A stretch of 64,000 bases of DNA, from NCBI GenBank assembly GCA_016706845.1, contig JADJIV010000002.1:102307-166306 (forward strand), read 5' to 3'. The translations under genes and the position numbers were made by a program. The DNA is from a bacterium (GTDB lineage: Bacteria > Krumholzibacteriota > Krumholzibacteriia > LZORAL124-64-63). Of this stretch, positions 1-9,859 are shown one piece after another; position 1 is the stretch's first letter; every line of letters starts with the position of its first letter. The notes under the pieces are model-generated. The model saw only the letters and a program-made list of their open reading frames with translations, was not told the origin of the DNA and made no database searches.

Positions 1-49
1 CGGCCAGGGCCGTGCCGGGTGAGGCGGGGATGCCGCGCAGGATCCGCAT
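1..49 (-). CDS. ptsI: PTS Enzyme I, 5' end only (gene runs off the window start)
   Basis: A minus-strand ATG at 47-49 lies one nt after the ptsH stop. It translates as MRILRGIPASPGTALA, matching the conserved Enzyme I N-terminus (GIxASPGxA). Confidence 0.6.
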   Translation of the reverse strand, partial: MRILRGIPASPGTALA

Positions 50-50
50 G

Positions 51-332
51 TCAGCCTTCCTGGACCTCGGGGCGGGCCAGCTCGATCTCGATCAGCCGCA
101 GCAGGGCGGCGGCGGCCGCGGCCTCGTCGGGTCCCTCGATCTCCAGCTCGACGACGCTGCCGCAGTCGGCCGCGAGACTCGCCAGTCCCATGATGCTTTT
201 GGCGTTGGCCACCCGGCCCTGGAAGCGGACCGTCACCTCGGCGTCGAAGGTCTTGGCCAGCTTCACGATCCGCCCCGCGGCGCGCAGGTGGAAGCCGACG
301 GGGTCGGAGACGGTGGCAGGGGTTGCGATCAC
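51..332 (-). CDS. ptsH: Phosphocarrier protein HPr
   Basis: Lies inside ORF 51..398. A GTG at 330-332 preceded by AAGGA gives 93 aa. That start places His15 (GFHLRAAG) and Ser46 (NAKSIMGL) at the canonical HPr positions. Confidence 0.85.
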   Translation of the reverse strand: MIATPATVSDPVGFHLRAAGRIVKLAKTFDAEVTVRFQGRVANAKSIMGLASLAADCGSVVELEIEGPDEAAAAAALLRLIEIELARPEVQEG

Positions 333-372
333 GGTGTCGTCCTTGGTTCGGGAGCGGAAACCAGCCCGCAAG

Positions 373-1131
373 TTACAGGCAGGACAGCAGCAGGGCAAGG
401 GGCACCAGCGCCAGCAGCAGGCCCTCGCCCGGCCAGCGGCGGCGCAGGGCCAGGGCGGCCGCCAGCGCGAGCGCCGCGCCCAGCACGGTCGTGCCGCCTC
501 CGGGGTCGCCCAGGCGCGACCAGCTGCTGACGGCGGTCATCCCGGCCAGCACGCCGGTCAGCAGCGCGCCCAGCCGCTTCGCGGTCCAGATGGCGCGGTG
601 CCAGCGCGGCGAGCCGAGCAGGTCCACGATGTCCAGCCCCAGGTCGTAGCCGATCAGCAGCGCCCGGTGCCGCAGCAGCAGCTGGGAGACGGCGAACAGG
701 CCCACCACCAGCAGGGGCGGCCAGACCAGGCCCGGCCAGGCCGAGAGCACGGCCAGCAGCATCAGCGCCGGCTGCAGGCCGAGCCACAGGAACTGGTCGC
801 CCAGCGAGGCCAGCGCCCGCCCGAGCGAATCCTTGAACATCGTCAGCGTGCGCACGGGCGTCGCCCCGCCGCGCAGGTTGTCCGACTCGAGCCGCACCAG
901 GCCCCCCAGCAGCAGGTTCGCGCAGTAGGGGTTGGTGTTGAAGAACTCCAGATGACGACGGCAGAAACGCCGCAGCTCGGCGGGCGCAGCGCCCGAGCGG
1001 CGCAGCCAGGGCAACATGGCCACGGCCAGGCCGAGGTTCTGCATGCGCTCCGGGTTCCACGAGCCCTGCAGGCCCAGCGAGCGCCGGTAGATCCCGTGCA
1101 GGTCGTCGGGCCTGCCGCCGCGCGCCCTCAC
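373..1131 (-). CDS. PTS mannose/fructose/sorbose-family EIID component
   Basis: C-terminal 252 aa of ORF 373..1851. Carries an EIID-type motif (RRSLGLQGSWNPERMQNLG, FFNTNPY) and several TM segments. The GTG start overlaps the EIIC stop (GTGA). Confidence 0.8.
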   Translation of the reverse strand: MRARGGRPDDLHGIYRRSLGLQGSWNPERMQNLGLAVAMLPWLRRSGAAPAELRRFCRRHLEFFNTNPYCANLLLGGLVRLESDNLRGGATPVRTLTMFKDSLGRALASLGDQFLWLGLQPALMLLAVLSAWPGLVWPPLLVVGLFAVSQLLLRHRALLIGYDLGLDIVDLLGSPRWHRAIWTAKRLGALLTGVLAGMTAVSSWSRLGDPGGGTTVLGAALALAAALALRRRWPGEGLLLALVPLALLLSCL

Positions 1132-1877
1132 GAGGCACCCAGCCGTGTCAGGGCCCAGGCCGCGGCCAGCGTGCCCGCCGCGCCGCCGGCGATCCACCGC
1201 GCGCCGGCGCGGCTGCCGTAGAGCTCCACGAGCGAGCCGATCGCCACCGCCGGCGCGAACCAGGGCAGCAGCGCCAGGGCCGCCACGGCGCGCGCGGGCA
1301 GCAGGTCGTAGGCGGGGATCCAGAGCAGGGCCACCAGGCACCACGCCGCCAGCGTCGTCAGGGCCCCGCGGACGGCGACCCCGACGAGGGAAGCGCGGTG
1401 CGCCCGTTCCAGGACCTCGACGCGGCCCTCGCGCAGCCCGCGCATGGCGCCGGCCACGAGCCGGGTGTGCCAGACCCGCTCCCGGCGGATCAGCTGGTCG
1501 CCCAAGAAGCTGCCCAGCGCGACCACGAGCAGCAGCCACCCCAGGCGGCCGGCCTCCGCGCCGGGGCCGCCGAAGGGCAGGCCGGGGTTCCAGCCGGCGG
1601 CCGACGCCGCGCCCACGGCCCCGAGCAGTGGTCCGACGCGTTCGCCGACGAAGGCCTGCCCGACGGGCAGGTTCCCCAGCGACAGCAGCTGCACCGTCAG
1701 ACCCAGGGCCAGGCCGGCCCCGGGATGCCCCCAGATCAGCCCCGCGAGCACGCCCCCGCAGACGGGCTGGCTCAGCCAGGTCTGGGCGTACGCCGTGTCG
1801 TCCAGGACCAGCAGCGCGCCCAGCAGCACGGTCGCGGCGAGCTGCGGCCACCAGGCCGCGATCTCGGGCGGGCTCAC
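1128..1877 (-). CDS. PTS mannose-family EIIC component
   Basis: C-terminal 249 aa of ORF 1128..2318. Polytopic hydrophobic protein sitting between EIIB and EIID. The GTG start overlaps the EIIB stop (GTGA). Confidence 0.7.
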   Translation of the reverse strand: MSPPEIAAWWPQLAATVLLGALLVLDDTAYAQTWLSQPVCGGVLAGLIWGHPGAGLALGLTVQLLSLGNLPVGQAFVGERVGPLLGAVGAASAAGWNPGLPFGGPGAEAGRLGWLLLVVALGSFLGDQLIRRERVWHTRLVAGAMRGLREGRVEVLERAHRASLVGVAVRGALTTLAAWCLVALLWIPAYDLLPARAVAALALLPWFAPAVAIGSLVELYGSRAGARWIAGGAAGTLAAAWALTRLGAS

Positions 1878-2380
1878 CGCGCCTCCTCCAGGGCGTCCAG
1901 CAGCGCGCGGTCGATCTCCACGACGCGCGTGCCGGGCACCGTCTGCGCGGTCAGCCGCGAGCCGCCCGCCAGCAGGGCGCGCAGGCTCGCCACGTCGCCG
2001 CGGTCGACGTAGACCGACTCCAGCAGCTCGCGCTTGCCGCCGCCGATGTGCATGCCGCCGACGTTGACCGCGGGCATCGGCACGCCGCGCCGCGTCAGGT
2101 CGAGCATGTCGGCCGGCCCCCCGGTCAGCAGCACCACGCCCTGGTCGGCGGGCAGCGCCGCGGGGCCGCCGTCGAGCAGCGCGGCGGTGCCGGCGCGGTC
2201 GCGGACCCAGACGCGGATGCGCGGCGGCACCGAGCTGGCGTAGACGCGGCGCTGCCAGGGGTCGGCGGCGATCTCGTCGTTGCAGAGCACGATGTGGTCG
2301 GGCTCGAGCTTGCGGCACCAGCCGACGGTCACCTGGCCGTGGATGAAGCGGTCGTCGATGCGGGCCAGCAGCAGGGGCAT
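1874..2380 (-). CDS. PTS mannose-family EIIB component
   Basis: ORF of 168 aa. The N-terminus LLLARIDDRFIHGQV is the sorbose/mannose EIIB phospho-His signature. Confidence 0.85.
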   Translation of the reverse strand: MPLLLARIDDRFIHGQVTVGWCRKLEPDHIVLCNDEIAADPWQRRVYASSVPPRIRVWVRDRAGTAALLDGGPAALPADQGVVLLTGGPADMLDLTRRGVPMPAVNVGGMHIGGGKRELLESVYVDRGDVASLRALLAGGSRLTAQTVPGTRVVEIDRALLDALEEAR

Positions 2381-2387
2381 GTCGCGC

Positions 2388-2791
2388 TCAACCCTCCTGG
2401 ACCGGGCCGAGCGCGGTGATGGCGTCGCGCCCCTTCTCGACCAGGCGACGCGGCAGCTCGTCCAGCCCCAGCGTGTCGCGCCAGGTGACGAAGTCCAGCA
2501 GCATGGCCAGGTTGATCCCGGTCAGGACGCGCGCCGGCGTGCCGCCGACCGCCGCGATCTGGGCGGCGTTGGCGCAGCTCCCCCGAAGTCGTCGATGAAC
2601 AGCAGCAGGCCGTCGCCGGGCGCGCCGCAGTTCGCGGCCGTCCAGGCGCGGATCTCGGCGATGAGCTCCTGGACCGATTTGCCGCTGTTGGTCATGGCCG
2701 CCAGCCCGGGCACCGGGCCCAGCACGAGCTCCACGACCTTGACCAGTTCCTTGCCGATGCCGCCGTGCGTGACGACGAGGCCGCAGAGCAT
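2388..2791 (-). CDS. PTS mannose-family EIIA component, with an apparent 1-nt deletion
   Basis: The N-terminal part is MLCGLVVTHGGIGKEL...LLLFIDDFGG (frame of ORF 2522..3268). It continues in another frame as SCANAAQIAAVGGTPARVLTGINLAMLLDF...GPVQEG and stops at 2388-2390. The switch is at the C5 run 2580-2584. The span is 404 nt, not a multiple of 3. Confidence 0.75.
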
Positions 2792-2793
2792 GA

Positions 2794-3765
2794 CTACTCC
2801 CTGTCGTGCCGCAGGTACCGGCGCAGCCGGTCCCCGGAGCGCAGCGTCTCCATGATGCGGCGGTTCAGGTCCTGCGCGGAGTCGATGCCGTAGATCTTCA
2901 GCATCAGGTCCAGGGCGATCACCTCCGCGATGACCGTGATGTTCTTGCCCGGATAGATCGGAACGACGATGCGCGGGATCGGCACGCCCAGGATCTCGGT
3001 CTGCTCCCGGTCCAGGCCCATGCGCTCGTAGTCGGCGTCGGGGCGCCACTGCTGGAGGTTGACCTCGACCTCGATGCGCTTCTGCATGCGGATGCCGCGG
3101 ATGCCGAAGATGGCCTGCACGTCGATCACGCCGACGCCGCGGATCTCCAGGTTGTGCTGCAGCACCTCGCGGAAGCGGCCCACCAGCACGTCGTCGCCCA
3201 CGCGGCTGACCTCGACGATGTCGTCGGCCACCAGGCGGTGGCCCCTCTCCACGAGGTCGAGCGCGCACTCGCTCTTGCCGATGCCGCTCTTGCCGGTGAA
3301 CAGCATGCCGATGCCGTAGACGTCCACCAGCGAGCCGTGCAGCTCGGTGCGCGGCGCGAAGGCGTCGGTGAGGTAGACCGACAGCTCGTGGATGAACTCC
3401 TCGGTGGCCATCGGCGTGCGCAGCACGGGCAGCCCGGCCGCGTCGGCCGCGGCCAGCCAGGCGGCGGGTACCGCCTGGTCCCGGGTCACGAACACCGCCG
3501 GCGCCTGCAGGGAGACCAGGCGCTCCAGGGCCTGCCGCTGCGCGTCCTGGCCGAGGGTGGACAGGTACGCCAGCTCGGATTCGCCGATCACCTGCAGGCG
3601 GTGGGGCAGGAAGTTCTCCATGAACCCCATCAGCGCCATGCCGGGCCGGTGGACGTCGCCCGCGGCCAGCGGCACGTCGTCCGCGGGCAGGCTCGTCAGC
3701 AGCGCGAGGCCGAGGGTCTCGCGCAGGTCCTGGTGGACCTTCTGGACGGTGACGGGCTCCTGCAC
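2794..3765 (-). CDS. hprK: HPr kinase/phosphorylase
   Basis: ORF of 323 aa with Walker A GKSGIGKSECALDLVERGHRLVADD and the downstream HprK signature region. Confidence 0.9.
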   Translation of the reverse strand: MQEPVTVQKVHQDLRETLGLALLTSLPADDVPLAAGDVHRPGMALMGFMENFLPHRLQVIGESELAYLSTLGQDAQRQALERLVSLQAPAVFVTRDQAVPAAWLAAADAAGLPVLRTPMATEEFIHELSVYLTDAFAPRTELHGSLVDVYGIGMLFTGKSGIGKSECALDLVERGHRLVADDIVEVSRVGDDVLVGRFREVLQHNLEIRGVGVIDVQAIFGIRGIRMQKRIEVEVNLQQWRPDADYERMGLDREQTEILGVPIPRIVVPIYPGKNITVIAEVIALDLMLKIYGIDSAQDLNRRIMETLRSGDRLRRYLRHDRE

Positions 3766-3773
3766 GCTCGCTC

Positions 3774-4304
3774 CTATTCCTGGCGCATCAGGCCGTAGCC
3801 GCCGTCGTCGCGGCGGTACAGCACGGCAACCTCGCCGTTCTCGGTGTTGCGGAAGACGAAGAACGGGCTGCTCGAGGCGGCGAAGGCCTCCTGCGCCTGG
3901 TCCACCGTCAGGTCGCGCAGCTGGAAGCCCTCCTCCGACAGGGTCGAGCCGCTGTTGTCGAGCAGGCCGGGACCGGCCAGGACCTCGCCGAGGCCGCCCT
4001 CTTCGCCGCGCCCGCGGTGGTCCTTGACCCGGTCCTTGTGCCGGCGCACCTGCCGCTCGACGCTCTCGATGGCCAGGAAGGCCGCGCCGTCGGGCTCGAC
4101 GTGCTGGACCTTGGTGTGGCAGGAGTACTGCTTCAGGTTGAGCGACAGGTCGCCGGTGAAGCGGCCGCCCTCGAGGGTGAGCGTGAGGCGCACGGCCAGC
4201 GGGTCGCTCGGGCTGTAGCGCTTCAGGTTCTCGAGCTTCTCCACGATCTTGTCGCGCATGTCGTCGCCGAGGGTGAAGTGACGGCTGTTGATCTCGAGCT
4301 GCAT
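3774..4304 (-). CDS. hpf: Ribosome hibernation promoting factor, long form
   Basis: ORF of 176 aa. It has a RaiA/HPF sigma-54-modulation N-domain and a C-terminal dimerisation domain (FFVFRNTENGEVAVLYRRDDGGYGL). It sits directly downstream of rpoN. Confidence 0.85.
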   Translation of the reverse strand: MQLEINSRHFTLGDDMRDKIVEKLENLKRYSPSDPLAVRLTLTLEGGRFTGDLSLNLKQYSCHTKVQHVEPDGAAFLAIESVERQVRRHKDRVKDHRGRGEEGGLGEVLAGPGLLDNSGSTLSEEGFQLRDLTVDQAQEAFAASSSPFFVFRNTENGEVAVLYRRDDGGYGLMRQE

Positions 4305-4338
4305 GGCGTCCTCCTTCCGGTCGTCGACCGGATCGGTT

Positions 4339-5763
4339 CTAGAACTGCTTGCGCATCCTCGCGTTCAGGATGCCCAGCTGCTCACGGTACTTGGCGACCG
4401 TGCGCCGGGCGATCTTCAGACCCTTCTCCGAGAGCAGGTCCACGATCCTCTTGTCGGACAGCGGCCGCGCCGGACTCTCGGCGGCCACGATCTCCTGGAT
4501 CATCTGCTTGACCGCCTTCGCGGCGACCTCGTCCCCCTCGTCGGTGTCCAGGCCCGCCGAGAAGAAGTACTTCAGCGGGAACACGCCGCGCGGCGTCTGG
4601 ACGTACTTCTGCTTCGTCACGCGCGAGACGGTGGACTCGTGCATGCCGATGGCCGTGGCCACCTGCTGCAGGGTCAGGGGCCGCAGGGCGATGGCGCCCT
4701 GCTCGAAGAACTCGCTCTGCTCGCGCACGATCGCTTCCATCACCTTGATCATGGTGCGCCGCCGCTGCTCGATCGTCTTGATGATCCACTCGGCGTAGCG
4801 GCGCTTCTCGTCGATGAACTGCACGGTGTCGTCGTCGCCGCCCTGCTTGCCCGCGGCCACGGCGTCGTAGGCGTTGCTGATGCGCAGCCGCGGCAGGTTG
4901 CCGTCGTTCAGGTAGCAGACGTACCCGTCGTCGACCTTCTCGACCACCAGGTCGGGCGTGATGTAGGCCGCGCCCTCCCCCACCACCGACAGGCCCGGCT
5001 TGGGGTCGAGCTCGCCGATGCGGCCGGCGATGTCCTGCACCTCGCGCGGCGTGATGTGCATCTCGCGGGCGATGTCCGCGAAGCGGCGGTTCTTCAGCGC
5101 CTCGAAGTGGTCGCGCACCACCTGGGCCTCGGGGCCGTCGCCGCGTCCGGAGGCGCGCAGCTGCAGCAGCAGGCACTCCTGGATGTCGCGGGCCGCCACC
5201 CCCGGCGGATCGAAGCCCTGGACCACGGCGAGCACGCGCTCGACGCGCTCGAGGTCGGTCTCGAAGGTGGCCGCGATCTCGGTCAGGGGGCAGACGAGGT
5301 AGCCGTCCGGGTTCAGGCTCCCGATGATGTACTCCCCGATGCGGCGGTCCAGCGGCTCGTCGAGCGTGTAGGCGAGCTGTTCGGCGAGCTCCTGCTGGCC
5401 CGACGGCACCGACGCGGCGGGCCGTTCGAGCCGGTCCTCCTCGTCGGTCTCCCGCTCCCAGGTGCCGTCGCGGAAGCCGTCCTTGAAGTACTCGTCCCAG
5501 TCGACCTTCTCCTCGGGCTCCTCGGACTCGTGGGCGGCGGACTCGTCCTCGGCCTCGTCCGGCGTCTCGGCCGTCTCGGCCGCCTCGTCGTCCTCGGGAT
5601 CGAATTCCTCCAGCAGCGGGTTGATCTGCAGCTCCTGGCGCAGCACCTGCTCCAGTTCCAGCGTGGGGATCTGGAGCAGCTTCAGGGCCTGCTGCAGGCG
5701 CTGGGTCATCACCAGCTGCTGCCGCTGGTAGAGCCCCTGGTGCAGTCTCAGCTTCACATCCAT
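4339..5763 (-). CDS. rpoN: RNA polymerase sigma-54 factor
   Basis: ORF of 474 aa. It has an N-terminal Gln/Leu-rich region, an acidic linker and the C-terminal RpoN box ARRTVAKYREQLGI. Confidence 0.95.
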   Translation of the reverse strand: MDVKLRLHQGLYQRQQLVMTQRLQQALKLLQIPTLELEQVLRQELQINPLLEEFDPEDDEAAETAETPDEAEDESAAHESEEPEEKVDWDEYFKDGFRDGTWERETDEEDRLERPAASVPSGQQELAEQLAYTLDEPLDRRIGEYIIGSLNPDGYLVCPLTEIAATFETDLERVERVLAVVQGFDPPGVAARDIQECLLLQLRASGRGDGPEAQVVRDHFEALKNRRFADIAREMHITPREVQDIAGRIGELDPKPGLSVVGEGAAYITPDLVVEKVDDGYVCYLNDGNLPRLRISNAYDAVAAGKQGGDDDTVQFIDEKRRYAEWIIKTIEQRRRTMIKVMEAIVREQSEFFEQGAIALRPLTLQQVATAIGMHESTVSRVTKQKYVQTPRGVFPLKYFFSAGLDTDEGDEVAAKAVKQMIQEIVAAESPARPLSDKRIVDLLSEKGLKIARRTVAKYREQLGILNARMRKQF

Positions 5764-5800
5764 CGCCGCGGCCCCTCGCCTGTCGTGCGCAACGCCGGCC

Positions 5801-6544
5801 TCACAGCCGGAACCCCTCGCCCAGGTAGATCTCCCGGGCCCTGCTGTCGGCCACGATCTCGCCGGACGTGCCGGCCAGCGCGATGCGGCCCTCGAACATG
5901 ATGTAGGCGCGGTCGGTGATGCTCAGCGTCTCGCGCACGTTGTGGTCGGTGATCAGGATGCCCAGCCCCTGCTCGCGCAGACGCGCCACGCTGCGCTGCA
6001 GGTCGGCCACGGCGATCGGGTCGATCCCCGCGAAGGGCTCGTCCAGCAGCATGAAACGCGGCCGCGTGGTCAGCGCCCGCGCGATCTCGACCCGGCGGCG
6101 CTCGCCGCCGGAGAGCTGGTAGCCGCTGCTCTTGCGGATGTGCGTGATGCGCATCTCCTCGAGCAGCTCGTCGACCCGCTCCCGCCGCGCGGCGCGGCCC
6201 AGCGGCAGGGTCTCCAGCACGGCCATCAGGTTCTGCTCCACCGTCAGCCGCCGGAAGATCGAGGACTCCTGCGGCAGGTAGCCGATGCCCAGGCGGGCGC
6301 GCTTGTACATCGGCAGCCGGGCGAGGTCCGCGCCGTCCAGGGTCACGGTCCCGCCGTCGGGCCGGATGAACCCGACCACGATGTAGAAGGTCGTGGTCTT
6401 GCCGGCGCCGTTGGGCCCGAGCAGACCCGTCACCTCGCCGGGGCGGACCTCGAAATCCACGTCGTCGACCACGGCCCGGCCGCGGTAGACCTTGCGCAGC
6501 CCGCGGGCCGCGAGGATGCCGGTCGTGGCGGCGCCGTCGTTCAC
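5801..6544 (-). CDS. lptB: LPS export ABC transporter ATP-binding protein
   Basis: ORF of 247 aa with Walker [10 protein letters not shown], signature LSGGERRR and an LptB-type C-terminus YLGEGFRL. It has the canonical position upstream of rpoN. Confidence 0.9.
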   Translation of the reverse strand: MNDGAATTGILAARGLRKVYRGRAVVDDVDFEVRPGEVTGLLGPNGAGKTTTFYIVVGFIRPDGGTVTLDGADLARLPMYKRARLGIGYLPQESSIFRRLTVEQNLMAVLETLPLGRAARRERVDELLEEMRITHIRKSSGYQLSGGERRRVEIARALTTRPRFMLLDEPFAGIDPIAVADLQRSVARLREQGLGILITDHNVRETLSITDRAYIMFEGRIALAGTSGEIVADSRAREIYLGEGFRL

Positions 6545-7176
6545 GGTCCCTCCCCGCCGGCGGCCGCACCCGTCCCGCCGCGCACGGTGGCGTCGACCTC
6601 GCGCTTCAGCTCGAAGTAGTCCAGACCGGGCGTCGCCAGCATGCCCACGCCCGTCATCACGTCGGCGCCGCGCGTGAACCGGTTGAACACCTCGTTGCTG
6701 AGGCGGCCGCTGCGGTCATCGTAGCTCAGCTCCTGGGTCTCGAGGCGGCGCCCGTCCCGGGCCTGGACCACGACGTCGTCCCAGACGAAGAGGTTCCCGC
6801 TGCGCTGGCTCGCGCGCCCGCGCGCGGCGGTCAGCACCGAGAACAGCGTGTCGGCCTGGAAGAACTCCATGTGCACGCCGTGGAGCTGGGCCTCGTCCTG
6901 GTCCAGGTACTTCTCGAGGCGGTCGCTGGCCAGGACCCAGCGCCGGACCCCTTCGTTGGAATCGGTGATCGTGGTGTCGAAGAGGATCTGGTCCGGAGCG
7001 CGCTCGGAGGTCGCGGGAGCCTCGACCGGCGCGGGCGGCGCGCTGCGCGGCTCGCCGCCGCAGCCGGCGGCCGGCAGCAGCGCGGCGCACAGCAGCAGCG
7101 CGGCGCAGAGCGCCGCCAGCCGCTGGTCGGCCGGCCGAGCGCTGCCGCAGTCCCGATCGATGCGTCCGGATCTCAT
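6541..7176 (-). CDS. LptC-like LPS export periplasmic lipoprotein
   Basis: C-terminal 211 aa of ORF 6541..7989. The ATG at 7174-7176 overlaps the upstream stop (ATGA). It has a lipobox (LLPAAGC) and a beta-jellyroll LptC/OstA-like sequence pattern. It lies immediately upstream of lptB. Confidence 0.55.
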   Translation of the reverse strand: MRSGRIDRDCGSARPADQRLAALCAALLLCAALLPAAGCGGEPRSAPPAPVEAPATSERAPDQILFDTTITDSNEGVRRWVLASDRLEKYLDQDEAQLHGVHMEFFQADTLFSVLTAARGRASQRSGNLFVWDDVVVQARDGRRLETQELSYDDRSGRLSNEVFNRFTRGADVMTGVGMLATPGLDYFELKREVDATVRGGTGAAAGGEGP

Positions 7177-8093
7177 GATCGCCTTCCGTTCGACAACGCC
7201 GCGACGCCGGGCCAGCGCCGGTGGAACCAGACCCACTCCGGCGGGTTCCGGCGCAGCAGGGTCTCCAGGGCCGCATTCGCTTCGCGCAGCAGATCGTCCA
7301 CCGCGTCCACCGCATCCGTCGCGGCCCGGTCCCGGGGCCGCAGCGGCGGCAGGTGCGTCAACGCGTGGCCGCGGCCGCGGCGTCCGATGGCCACCGGGAG
7401 GATCGGCGTCCCGGTGCGCAGCGCCAGCTTCGCGAAGCCGGCCGGGGTCGGCGCCGCGACGCCGCAGAACGGCACGTCGCGGTTGCCCACCCGGGTGTTC
7501 TGGTCCAGCAGCACGGCCACGGCCCCGCCGGCGCGCAGCGCCCGCAGCAGGGGCCGCTGGTCGCCGTCGCGGGGCACGGGCGTCATCCCGGCCCGCCGTC
7601 GCCAGCCGTTGACCAGCCGGTCGACCGGCGGATTGCGGATCGTGCCGGTGACCACGGTCAGACCGCCCAGGCGGTCGGCCAGGTAGCCGCCGAGCAGCTC
7701 CCAGCAGCCGAAATGTCCCGTCAGGACCAGGGCGCCGCGGCCCTCGGCCAGCAGCCCGCGCAGCGCCGCCACCGTCCCGTCGTCCTCGACTTCCCGGTAG
7801 CCCGACGCTCGCCAGCGGTCGAGGTTCAGGGCGTCGTAGGCGTTCTCGCCCAGGGCGCCCGCCGCGCGGCGCAGCAGCGCTTCGCGCCCCGGTCGTGCGA
7901 GATCGGGGAAGACCAGCCCGAGGTTGGCGCGGGCGACCGCCCGCTCGCGGGGCCGCCACGCCAGCGCCGCGCGGGCGAGCCCGCGGCACAGGCCCCGTCC
8001 CGCCGGCGGCGGCAGGCGGCGCACCGCCTCCAGCACTGCCCGGGCCAGCCCGTGGTAGAACGCGCGACGGAGCCTGCGGTGGGTCGGCAGCAT
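7173..8093 (-). CDS. Lipid A biosynthesis (Kdo)2-lipid IVA acyltransferase family protein (LpxL/HtrB-like)
   Basis: Lies inside ORF 7173..8162. The ATG at 8091-8093 is preceded by GGAG. It carries the acyltransferase HX4E-like motif TGHFGCWE. Confidence 0.7.
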   Translation of the reverse strand: MLPTHRRLRRAFYHGLARAVLEAVRRLPPPAGRGLCRGLARAALAWRPRERAVARANLGLVFPDLARPGREALLRRAAGALGENAYDALNLDRWRASGYREVEDDGTVAALRGLLAEGRGALVLTGHFGCWELLGGYLADRLGGLTVVTGTIRNPPVDRLVNGWRRRAGMTPVPRDGDQRPLLRALRAGGAVAVLLDQNTRVGNRDVPFCGVAAPTPAGFAKLALRTGTPILPVAIGRRGRGHALTHLPPLRPRDRAATDAVDAVDDLLREANAALETLLRRNPPEWVWFHRRWPGVAALSNGRRS

Positions 8094-8226
8094 CGGTCGC
8101 TCCAGGGCTGTGGCGCGGGGCACACCCACAGTCAACACCTGTCCGCGGCGCGCGTCAAGCATAAGGTATGCCAGAGCATAAATTCAAAGGGGGGATCGGG
8201 CATTTCAGGGAAGGGCGGCGCCGGAA

Positions 8227-9228
8227 TCAGACGATCCCGGCGCGCAGGATGTCGTGGATGTGCAGGACGCCCACCGGCCGGCGGTCGTCGTCGACCACGA
8301 TCAGGACGGTGATCGGGCCCCCGGGGCGCTGCTCCATGCGGCGCAGCGCGCCCAGGACCAGCTCGTCGGGCCGTACGGTCTCGGGCGCGACGTTCATGAG
8401 CGCGTGGACCGGCAGGTCCAGGGGCTCGTCGTAGGCCATCAGGAAGCGCTTCACGTCACCGTCGACGCAGATCCCGGCCAGGCGGCCGTCGTGGTCCACG
8501 ACGATGGCGCAGCCCAGCCGCTTCTCGACGATCACCGGCAGGCAGGCGCGCAGCGGCACGTCGCGTCCCACCAGCGGCAATTCGTCGCCGGCGTGCATGA
8601 GCTGCTCCACGCGCATCAGCAGCGAGCGGCCCAGCACGCCGCTGGGGTGGAAGGCGGCGAAGTCGTCGCGCGTGAAGCCGCGCAGGGTCAGCAGGGCGAC
8701 CGCCAGGGCGTCGCCCATGACCCCGGCCGCGGTGGCGCTGGTGGTCGGCGTCAGGTTGAGCGGGCAGGCCTCGCGCTCCACCTCGCAGAGCAGCACGAGG
8801 TCGCTCAGGCCGGCCAGCAGGCTGTCGGCGCGCCCGGTGATCGCGATCATCGTCATGCCGAAGTGGCGGGCGAGCCCGGCGAGCTGCGTGACCTCGGGGT
8901 TCTCGCCGCTGCGCGAGATGGCCAGCAGCACGTCGCCGGAGCCGGCGATGCCCAGGTCGCCGTGGGTCGCCTCGACCGGGTGCAGGAACAGGCTCGGGGT
9001 GCCGGTGGCGGTCAGCGTCGCCGCCAGCTTGCGGGCCACGAAGCCCGACTTGCCCAGGCCGGTGACGATGACGCGCCCGCGGCAGGCCAGCAGCGCGCGC
9101 ACGGCCGCCGCAAAGGGGGCGTCCAGGCCCTCTCCCACGCGCGCGAGGGCCGCGGCCTCCTGCGCGAAGGTCGCGCGGCCCAGGTCCAGGATCGCGCCGT
9201 CGTCCGGGCGGGTCGTCTCGGCGTTCAT
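8227..9228 (-). CDS. kpsF: Arabinose-5-phosphate isomerase (SIS domain plus tandem CBS)
   Basis: ORF of 333 aa with SIS motifs (VIVTGLGKSGFVARKLAATL) and a C-terminal CBS pair. Confidence 0.9.
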   Translation of the reverse strand: MNAETTRPDDGAILDLGRATFAQEAAALARVGEGLDAPFAAAVRALLACRGRVIVTGLGKSGFVARKLAATLTATGTPSLFLHPVEATHGDLGIAGSGDVLLAISRSGENPEVTQLAGLARHFGMTMIAITGRADSLLAGLSDLVLLCEVEREACPLNLTPTTSATAAGVMGDALAVALLTLRGFTRDDFAAFHPSGVLGRSLLMRVEQLMHAGDELPLVGRDVPLRACLPVIVEKRLGCAIVVDHDGRLAGICVDGDVKRFLMAYDEPLDLPVHALMNVAPETVRPDELVLGALRRMEQRPGGPITVLIVVDDDRRPVGVLHIHDILRAGIV

Positions 9229-9859
9229 GCGTCCTCCGCTGGTGGGTTGTCGCCGGGGGCGAGCCAGGCGCGGGCCGCCACCTTCAGCAGCGCCGGCCCG
9301 AAGCGGCCCTGCAGGCCCAGCACCCGCTCGCAGACCTCGCGCACGGCGCCGGCGCCGCCGGGGGCGGCCGTGACGTAGAGGCAGCGCGCGCGCACGTCCG
9401 CGGCGCGCCGGGCACGGCGACCGGCGCCCCGACGACCGCCAGCGCGGGCGCGTCGATCAGGTCGTCGCCCATGTACAGGGCGTCGGCGGGTTCGATGTGC
9501 AGCTCGTTGAGGATCTCCAGCAGGGCGCGCCGCTTGTCGAACCGGCCCAGCTTCACGGCGTGGAAGCGCAGGTCGGCGGCGCGGCGCGCGGCCGCGGGGC
9601 TGTCGCGCCCGGTCAGCAGCGCCAGCTTCAGGCCGCCGGCGCGGGCCAGGACCAGTCCCAGGCCGTCGCGGGCGTCGAAGGCCTTGCTGGCCTCGCCCTG
9701 CGCGTCGTAGTAGAGGCGGCCGTCGGTCATGACGCCGTCGCAGTCCAGCACGATCAGGCGCACGCGCGCGAACGCCGCCAGCGCGGCGTCGCTCAGGCCG
9801 GCCGCAGCCTCGCGGCGGTAGTCGTCGTCCGTACGCGGGGGCCAGGGATGCGCGCTCAC
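9225..9859 (-). CDS. kdsC: Kdo-8-phosphate phosphatase, with an apparent 1-nt deletion
   Basis: HAD motif LIVLDCDGVMTDG ... YMGDDLIDAPAL. After about 9400-9405 the conserved end (ADVRARCLYVTAAPGGAGAVREVCERVLGLQG...) reads in another frame and stops at 9225-9227. The span is 635 nt. The GTG start overlaps the kdsA stop and the stop overlaps the kpsF ATG. Confidence 0.8.

Noticed and set aside
19-1221. Many long ORFs on the opposite strand or in alternative frames. Examples are 19..1221 (+), 1145..2419 (+), 9284..13198 (-, 1304 aa), 9973..12396 (+), 38087..42844 (-, 1585 aa) and 47909..51646 (+, 1245 aa).
   Set aside because: Their translations are low-complexity Arg/Pro/Gly/Ala-rich strings typical of stop-poor off-frames in ~70% GC DNA.
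Each overlaps a gene with clear conserved motifs in another frame or on the other strand.
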